Source: Catajapyx aquilonaris
Lineage: Eukaryota
Direction: 5' to 3'
Assembly (NCBI GenBank): GCA_000934665.2
Contig: KZ537986.1
Span: 124,001 to 182,900, forward strand
DNA length: 58,900 nt
Both the position numbers and the translations under genes were made by a program. The notes under the pieces are model-generated. The model did not search any database, was not told the DNA's origin, and saw only the letters and a list, made by a program, of their open reading frames with translations. This document shows, piece by piece, positions 50,294-58,900 of the stretch (position 1 is its first letter; every line of letters begins with the position of its first letter).

Positions 50294-53200
50294 ATGTACT
50301 CTCGTACTCGTCGAGGCATCCGGTCCATCCATCCACATCCATCTCGATTTTTGCCCTATCCTTACAGATGCCTCCCTAACTTAAAGGTGAGCCCTTTTAT
50401 ATTTCATTGTATACCACTGACTGCTTCAGTAAGTTTAATTACTGGCAATGAAGCTTGCATAGGGTCTTCAGCAACTGGGGTGAGTTGCAGTGGGTCCAAG
50501 GTATTAAGAATCCCAGGTTTAACGGATATTATCCAATGTTTACTAATTGATGCTAACAATGAAGAACATAAATTATGAGAGTGTTTAGGAATATTGTGCC
50601 TAACAGACAGATTCCCCCAGGAAAAAAAGGATAATATCATGTCTGGAGAAGGATGATGGATATGCAGGTTTGACTGACCATTCGTTAGAATCGGGATGCT
50701 GATGCAATGCTACTTACGTTAGAACTGTAGTACGAGGCGCGTCCAGAAAGTAAGTTCTGTTTTTTTATTAGAAAAACCATGATGCACCCCCAGAATTTTT
50801 ATTTACACATCTGAAATCGACAACTGTCTACTTTTTTTCAAAATAGTTTCCAGCCAAATTGGGGGATTTTTCATTGAGTTACACAATATTTTGTATGCCT
50901 ATGTCATAGAGGCCTGCCGCCAGCCACTTCCGCGATCCCTGATCACTGGATTGCAACTCCTTGTCTTCGTCAACCTTCTGCTTTGCAAGCCATTTCTCCC
51001 TGTCCATGGACAGGTGGTAATCGCTAGGCTCCAAATTCCAGGTGATCAAAAAATTCTCACTTGAATTGTTGCGGCAGGGTTACAATAAGCAAGGCAGTAC
51101 GCAGGGGGGCATTGTTGCGCAAGAAAACACCCCGAAACTCAGCATGCTGCAACATTTGTTCAACCCAAAGGTTTATTGTGAGACATTACAGAAGTTAAGG
51201 ACAGCAATTCAAGAAATGTATTGGTATATTGTGTTTCGGGGTGTTTTCTTGCGCGACAATGTCCCCCTGCGTACTGTCTTGCTTACTGGAACCCTGCCGC
51301 AACAATTCAAGTGAGAATTTTTTGATCACCTGGGATTTGGAGCCTAGCGATTACCACCTGTCCATGGACAGGGAGAATTGGCTTGCAAAGCAGAAGGTTG
51401 ACGATGACGAGGAGTTGCAATCCAGCGTCCAGGGATCGCGGAAATGGCTGGCGACAGACCTCTATGATATAGGCATACAAAATATTGTGCAACTCAATGA
51501 AAAATTCCCCAATTTGGCTGGAAACTATTTTGAAAAAAAAAAAAGTAGACAGTTGTCAATTTCAGATGTGTAAATAAAAATTCTGGGGATGCATTGTGGT
51601 TTTTCTAATAAAAAACAGAATTTACTTTCTGGACGCGCCTCGTAGATGATGTGCTTGTAGTTCACTATAGATGTTTAGAGGCATTTCAGGCACAACAACC
51701 TTCAAATACACATGGAAATGACGGCACAGTCTTAATTACAGGGTGTTCCAGAGTTGACGACTCACTCTTTGAAAGGCAATTACTTTCGAACGGAACAACA
51801 TATTTATTTAAAGTATGTACCAAAACATCAAGGGAGGGTGCGAAAATCTTCCATGTAGGTGGCAGTACTAAGCAATGCTCAGGTCTTGCAACAAAAATGG
51901 CCGAAGCAAGACTGTCGTTAGAGAAACGTGTCCAGTGTGTTCGACTGTATTCAGTGACAAAAAATGTTACAGAAGTGTGCCGTCAAATGGCCAACCTTTT
52001 CGGTGGACCGGCTCCTACCCGAAAAACTGCTGCGAGGATAAACCAACGGTTCGATGAAACTGGAAGTGTCTTTGATCAAAAGAAACCCGGCAAAGGGAGA
52101 ACAGTTGTGAATCCAGAAAACAAACAGCGCATCCGAGATGCACTGGAAAGTTCTCCAGCAAAAGCAAAATCAGTCCGATGCCTGTGGGGTTATCTGAAGG
52201 AAAAGGTTTACCAGTATTACCACCATCGAATCGGCTCCCTGGAGCATCTGCGTGACATAATCACACAGGAGTTCAACGCGATCCCTGTTGACTTCTGTCG
52301 GAAGGTGTGCGACAACGTCGCCTTGCGATTGCAGGCCTGCATCGACATGGAAGGGGGGGGTGGTTGACTATACCATGGAGAACATGTCTTAAGTTAGTAT
52401 TTCCTTGATGTTTTGGTACGTACATTAAATAAATGTGTTATTCCGTTCGAAAGTAATTGCGTTTCAAAGAGTGAGTCGTCAACTCTGGAACACTCTGTAC
52501 TTGGATGTAATTTTCAGGACTTTGAATATATCAGGACATTGCAGAACTACATGCGCAGTTATGCTGCATATTTTTCCATCATTCTCACTGGTGTTTTCTA
52601 CTGTTTTTGAATCACAAGAAACAAGCTCCATGTTAATGTCACAAAAAAATAACAGAAATGACATCCCAGTTTTTAAAACAAATATTACACTGATAAAATA
52701 TACTGCTTGCACTTCCATTTTTTTTTTACAGTGGTTTAAATTCGAGTGTCTCTTCTCACAACATTGGTTTTTCTGGATTTCTATTGCCATGAATTATGTA
52801 GATATTGTTTGTAACAATGCAATTTGGCAGAGAAGTTATTGCTGTTACACTGACAGTGAGTATCTCAGGTTCAGCATTATATGTATGTAGAAGTCCAGCA
52901 TAGATTTCAGTGGTTTTGTACAGTCAGTTTCATTCCATTCTAGGCAGTTCATAAGTGTAGATTTGCGGTAGCTTTATCCTTGCAGCAAACAGATGATTGA
53001 AGACAGTAAAGGAAAAAGTTTAAAATATTTTTGTGATTATTAGTGAACTATGAACATTTGAAATCTTCCTGTTTTTGTGCAGTGTTGATAAAGGGATTTG
53101 TGTTGCAAACTAATACGCTGTATCTTTCTCTACTTTAGTAACATTCAGGTGGTTTTATGGATTTTAAGTGGATTAGAAATTGCTGCTAAACACATTTCCT

Positions 53201-56200
53201 GGCACAAGTGCACATACATTAATTGATTAAAAATTTTAAAAGCATGATAGACACTAATGCAATACATATTTGTTCAAGTATTTAAAATGTGATTATAGCA
53301 TAGCATGTGTTTATGCTGGCATATGCCCATGTGTATGAATGCATGTACAGTGAAACCTGTTTATAGGCATAGCAGAAGCTTGTTTATTTTTCAGAAAATT
53401 TTGTGGCCTAACAGTTAGGATTTTCTCTGAATTTTTGTTGGATATAATGGAACCTGTTAAATGCAGAAATGGACAATATTTTTAGGTCCATTGTTAAAGA
53501 AAACTCAGATGTGTGTAATGGAATTGATGCTGCATTATCATCAGACAAAACTCAATTAATCTCATGTGTTGGTTCCTCTGGGGCCATTGTGATGGAATAA
53601 CTTTAAGATTATGCTTACTTCCTGTCCAGTTAAGAGGGGGGAAGAATTTTGCATTATATGGGCCCTCGTTAGCATGTGCTCCCATCTTAGGTGGCTAACA
53701 TTTGAAAATGCATGCCCCACCCTAACCTGTTCTAAACAATTTGGCTGTCACTCCCATCTGTGTGTATTATTTGGTCTACTTGGACTTTCAAAAGACTGCA
53801 AGCAGGCTTCAAGTGATGGACTTATGGGCATCAATTTGAATATGTACACCCGAGAGCATAAAGTTGGAGACGGCAGGCTGCTAGGCCAATCTCGGCTATT
53901 ACGGTATCAAATGTACTGTTATAAATACATGAACACATGGCTGAAGCAGCTAACTCGGTCCAAAAAGAGTCCATTAATTTGAGTAGGATAAATAAAGGTC
54001 AGAGAAGGCCCGCAGCGTCTCCAACTTTATTCTTGTGGGTGTACTTGTTACTATGCCTTCTATTACTTTTCCTACTGTAGTGTTTCCTGAAGTAATGGAA
54101 GCTTGTCTATTATGGAAAAAGTTTCCATGACGGAATGGTTCCATTGCATATAGGTTTCTCTCTACATGATCTGTATGGGACACAAACTGTGAGTGTAAAT
54201 GTACAACTGTGTTACACGTGTCTACGTACAGTTAATTTAAAAAAATAAAATTTTGCAGAACCAGTTTTTGAAAAGAATTTTGGTTAATTGTTCAGTTTAT
54301 TCAGTCTGATATTGGACCATGAATAACTCAGCATTTAAGTGATTAATAAACTTATTGTGCCACCATGGAATGAGCCAACAACGTGAATTGGTTGTTGCCG
54401 ACAATGCCCACTGGGAGGGACGACAGGGATAAAAGGGTGTTGGGCTAGGAAGCTTTATCACTAGTATAAATAAATGAGATTGCCTCTTGTTATTAATACA
54501 GTAAAACCTTGATGTAACGCTCTGAAAGGGACCTCCCAAAAGTAGTGTTTAAGCAGGATATCATTATATGCGTGAAAATCTACCTTATGGAAATGATCGA
54601 GGTACCGGAAAAAAGGGACGTTAACAGCGGGAAAGCGTTTATGCGGGAGCGTTATATCGAGGTTTTACTGTATTTTTAATGAGCCAATCATTTGATAAGT
54701 TGTGCATGGAGCATCAACCTTCATAATTTTTCTTCATTGTCTTGGTAACTTTGCTACATTTTCAGGAGTTCTGTGAACCAGATTTGCCCCCAGACTACTC
54801 CATCCCCCCCTTTTGTTGTGATTGGCACCGTTGTATAATGGACATTGACCGGGAGGAACTCCCACGAGAATCAAGGATGTGGATCACAGGCAAAGTGGAC
54901 CAGGCATCACAGAAGGAGGCCCTCTTTGGCGACCTCATGACTGAGTGTCGCCTTGCTGCTCCAGGAGCCCGTCTTTCGTACTCCCTGCGCAACCGGATTG
55001 AGCGGCTTTCACGTGATGACCGACATGAGCTTGTGTCCAGGCGTCGTGATGGCTGTACCCCATTATTTGTAGCCTGCAAGCGAGGGAATGTTGAGATCGT
55101 GGAGTACCTTGTGACATGTTGTGATGCAGACATAGAGGCCAGGGGACAGTACGAGGTGCCAGATGACAGATCTGTCCATTGCGTCACCCCATTATGGTGT
55201 GCTTCAGTTTCTGGGAAGTTGCCAGTTGTCAAGTGTCTGGTTCAACATGGTGCAAAGGTAAATTGTTGGATTTTTAAAGTTTTTGAGAGTACCCTGCGTA
55301 CATGCTTGAGTTATTGTACTATTAACCGCAAAAGTAATGTCTAACTGTTATGTGATAGTAGTGATACCATCCGCGACTTTCTCAGGGGATGCTGCCAAGC
55401 TGTTACTTGGCAGCTCCTCCTGCGGGAGGCGGATAAACAAAAAGTCGTGGACAGCATCACATAACAGTGCGACATTACTTTTGCAGTTAATAGTACCAAT
55501 GATTATGAAACTGAAGTAAATACTGTAATCAACAATACTGTATTTTCAATCATTTTTGTTACTGACTATCATGCTGCAGTTTACAGAAGAAATTTGTAAT
55601 ATGACTGATGTACAAATGGATTTCTTCCTTTTTTCACATGCAGTTGAAAGCCCTGGGGCATGGCATTTAAAAATGAGTATTATTTGGCCCCACCACTCCA
55701 AAACCCAGTGTCTGCATATTTGAAAATTTCACAGGGGTATGTGCTGAGTTCTGCATCAAGGAAGGTCACAAAGCAGGGAAGTTACAGGGTTTTTACCAAC
55801 ATAAACTAATTTGCATCCATTGACTTCAGACTTGCTGGGAATTTTATATGCATGCAGTACATACAAGTTGATCTGTCAATTTCCCACCAAAGATCTGATA
55901 CTGGGTTTTGGAATGATGGGGCCACAGTGCTGGTCACTCGAGGTAAATCAAGTAATGAGATGCAGAACTTTTTTGCAGAAGCAGCCAGGATTCCCTGATG
56001 CTAGTGCCAATGTTACATTGCAATTCATAAATCTGTAAAATAGTACTTGAGTGTATCACTTAAGTTAATTTTTCTAACTTTGTGTTGATACCATATTCCT
56101 TGCCTGGTTAAAGGTGAACAGTGTGTCAGACACGGGATCAACATCAGTGCGCTCTGCTTGCTTTATGACCCACCTGGATATAGTGATCTACCTGGTTGAG

Positions 56201-58435
56201 AATGGGGCTGACATACTGCTTCCTAACTACAATGGTGGAACTTGTCTCATAAACTCAGTGCAGAGCATCCCATTGTGTGAGTACTTGCTGCAACATGGAG
56301 CAGCTGTCAATGCACAAGATGTGCAGCACAAAACTGCACTTCACTATGCCATACAGGTATTGTGCATTCAGTATGATTAGTGGGTTTCACATATCTATGG
56401 GGGCTTCAACCCAGTCACTGCACTGGCCTAAATAAGGGGGGGAACCTGTATTTGTCATTATTTATTTATTTGAAGAGGTTTAAAAGGCAAATTAGTAGCT
56501 CTGCACTTAATCACTTATGGAGAGAGCCAAATGTATCACGAACAAAATAGCCGAATCAGTAATGGTACTTCTCTCCTGTAGGAACATCGTTTTGAGACCA
56601 CAAAGCTGCTGCTGGACCATTTTGCTGATCCATTCTTAGAGTCTCGCTATAATGATGATGCTCTGCAGACAGCCTGCCTGAAAGGCGCCACTCAGATATT
56701 TGAGTACCTGATCAAGACAGTGTTGTATTCTTCTGAACGCATTGCTGATGCCCATGAGCTGATTGGTACCACCTTTCTTGATGAGCACCATGATATGCAG
56801 ATGGCTCTATTGTACTGGAGGCGTGCTGCTGAGATACGTTCGCAGGACGGAGAATCAATTCCAAAGCAGGTGCTGGCACCTAACCCTGCATATCAGAACC
56901 ACACAGAGTTTAAAAGTGCTGAGGAACTTAGAGTTGTGGCTCTTGACTTGGACATGATGCGGACCCAGTCTTTACTGATATGTGAGCGGATTCTAGGACG
57001 TTACCACAAGGACACGATTTTCAGGTGTGTAGGCTATTCAGATGCAAAGGATTGTAATTTGTGAAGTAATAATTAAGTTTCAGTCGGAAGGTATCTTGGT
57101 CTAGCTATGCTTCCAGTTGGAGAATGTGAAAGAATGTGGTCAGGGTAAAAAAAACACAAAATTTTATTTGGTAATTTTAGGAACAGTAAAAAAGAATGGA
57201 AAGGTTAGGATAGTACAGTGTTGGACATAAATCAAGACATATTGCTAGCGACATTTTCCGAAGCGGAAAATGTTGCTGGCAGTATGCCTCGATTTATGTC
57301 CAAAATTGCACAGGAAAATAATGGAAGTATATAGGTTGTGTGTGCAGTAACGTGTGAAAGTATTGAATCACTAGAGGATGTGTGCAAGTTATGCAGTGAG
57401 GTTTCAGGTGGCAGAGAAGCATAGTGAGGATGATTGCAACTTGTCAGATATTGTCAAGGGTTGATGTCCTGCAGAGGATTTTTCATGCATTTCATTTTGC
57501 TTTTATAGTATGCCACCAGTTGCAGGCATGCTATGATGGCAATAATACCAGACATAATACCTGCAGACATTAATTATTTCCTTTTGCTGTAGTGCATCTG
57601 CTATTATTTTATCTTGCACTTTAGTAATTTCTTCAATCATGTTTTAAAAAATGGTTTCAAATTAGAATTCACTTCTGATCAAAATTGATCCCATTCTTGT
57701 CATTCTTCAAGCTTATGCTACTGGAGAGGAGTCGGAATCAATCTCAACGAATTTTTTACATTCAGGATGTTAATAATAATAATTTTTTGATTTAGGTTGA
57801 TGTACAGAGGAGCTGCATATGCGGATGCATTGCAGTACCAGCGGTGCATTGATCTCTGGAGATATGCACTTGAGCTGAGAGTGAAAAAGGATTCAATTCT
57901 GTACTCTGACACATGCTTCACTGCTCAAGCACTGGTTCGGCTCTTTCTGGATTTACATGAAAAGCACGCAGCACGAGTGTTCCAGGAGGAACTGCGGTTT
58001 GATGATGTACTTGCAGTGTCGCGACTTATTGTGGACCAGTTGCCAGAATCGCAGGTTTTGTTGCGGATTTCTCCAGCACACAAACGACAACAGGACAGCT
58101 TTGATCGTACATTGAAGTGTCTCACCCATCTGTTCCACTTGCTGCTGGAAACTGGCAAGACACCCCCACAGCAGGCTGTGGCAAGGCAGCTGGTGGCACA
58201 GGTGGTGAGAATCGATCCCAGGGCCTGCAATGGAAATGCATTGCTCCACCTTGCAGTGCACAGACTCAACCTGATTAGATCCAACTACTTCTTAGAGGAG
58301 CATCATGTCAATATCTTCCCCAATCATAAGGTGGCACAGATGCTCCTGGAATGTGGTGCACATGTCAACACTGTCAACCATGCCCTTTCCACCCCTCTGC
58401 ATGTTGCTTCTGCAGCAAACAATTTCCACAGCGAG
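50294..58435 (+). CDS. fem-1: Protein fem-1 homolog (ankyrin/TPR CRL2 substrate receptor), 3' partial
   Basis: Exons 50294-50386 (tentative N-terminal exon), 54766-55257, 56114-56356, 56582-57024 and 57796-58435, all in phase. Motifs GCTPLFVACKRGN, TPLWCASVSG, GGTCLINSVQ, ERILG.YHKDTIFRLMYRGAAYAD and TPLHVA. The last exon found ends in a donor (gtgagg), so the gene continues. The start could instead be ATG 54838 or 54877. Confidence 0.92.
50733..51642. mobile_element. mariner-derived foldback element made of two 3' ends
   Basis: TA|CGAGGCGCGTCCAGAAAGTAA...TTACTTTCTGGACGCGCCTCG|TA. Inverted arms 50733-51138 and 51233-51642 with a 94-bp spacer. Spacer plus right arm encode a decayed mariner C-terminus (YCETLQKLRTAIQ, RDN, DLEPSDYHL, GIQNIV, GNYFEK). 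Confidence 0.92.
51739..52497 (+). mobile_element. Internally deleted Tc1/mariner-superfamily (Tc3-like) element with ~95-bp TIRs
   Basis: TA|CAGGGTGTTCCAGAGTTGACGACTCAC...GTGAGTCGTCAACTCTGGAACACTCTG|TA. ORF 51897-52367 carries the HTH-type N-terminus (P.RKT...RFDETGSV.D) fused to the C-terminal LWGYLKEKVY...RLQACI segment; the DDD/E core is missing. Confidence 0.92.
54499..54670. mobile_element. pogo/Tigger-like MITE, copy 2
   Basis: TA|CAGTAAAACCTTGATGTAACG...CGTTATATCGAGGTTTTACTG|TA. Same family as 22800-22947, in opposite orientation. Confidence 0.85.
57214..57310. repeat. 97-bp imperfect palindrome (probable minimal MITE) in a fem-1 intron
   Basis: 47-nt arms at 57214-57260 and 57264-57310 with a 3-nt loop (aag); 8 arm differences; starts TACAGTG like a Tc1/pogo end. 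Confidence 0.85.
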
Positions 58436-58900
58436 GTGAGGATGCTTTGAAGTTTATTATTTTTATAACTGTACAGGGATGGGTGTGCCAAAGTTCTTTA
58501 CAATCAGTGGATTCATAAGTGAATTTAAGCCATCGTAAAGTACAGCTTCTAGAGGTAATTTTTAGGCTAGTTGAGACTTGTCAAAGTACTGCATTGTGGC
58601 AATTTTATGTGGTAATTTCATGTGCTATTGAGGTGTTTGCAATGATGTGTAAAGGTTTCAAATTTTTTATTTGCAAAGTAGGCCTACCTAAGTAACTGAA
58701 TATTTCTGCAGGAGACTATTTTCATCAATATTTGTGGTCAGCTACAGACAGGTTTTACAGGATCATTACAAGTGACAAATTTTGATTGTAGGTTGATTGT
58801 TTCAATGATAGCCAGACAAGGTGTAAAATGGTGATAAATTTTCTTTGCTGTATGCATTTCATTTCAAACCACCTGCAGCTATATTCATGAAAAAGAGGAA

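Noticed and set aside
51651..51896. N-terminal 82 aa of the 238-aa ORF
   Set aside because: It is read-through of flanking DNA and the TIR from a GTG; the transposase-like sequence begins at ATG 51897.

Overview
Eukaryotic, intron-rich arthropod (probably insect) genomic DNA, not prokaryotic. Six protein-coding loci can be assembled by hand from splice signals and reading-frame phase: (1) a 2-exon secreted Pro/Gln/His-rich low-complexity protein (minus, 3397-5639); (2) the 5' part of a TIA-1/TIAR (Rox8-like) RRM gene (minus, 28651-31419), whose remaining exons I could not find in the window; (3) an 11-exon CUB-domain serine protease with intact catalytic triad (minus, 35303-38550); (4) a DCAF10-like WD40 gene (plus, 41690-44562); (5) a FANK1-like FN3-ankyrin gene containing a GC-AG intron (minus, 45677-48214); (6) a fem-1 homolog (plus, from 50294, running off the right edge). 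Non-autonomous transposons are scattered through it: two foldback elements built from Tc1/mariner ends, an internally deleted Tc1/mariner-superfamily element with an open ORF, pogo-like and hAT-like MITEs, tRNA-derived SINEs, and a (GT)n-embedded element carrying TTAGG repeats. I see no convincing new multi-gene system. The best leads are the truncated TIA-1 locus with a candidate poison exon, the TTAGG element, the intronic foldbacks, and RFX/CRE/CLEAR promoter motifs. All family assignments are from recalled motifs, not database searches.
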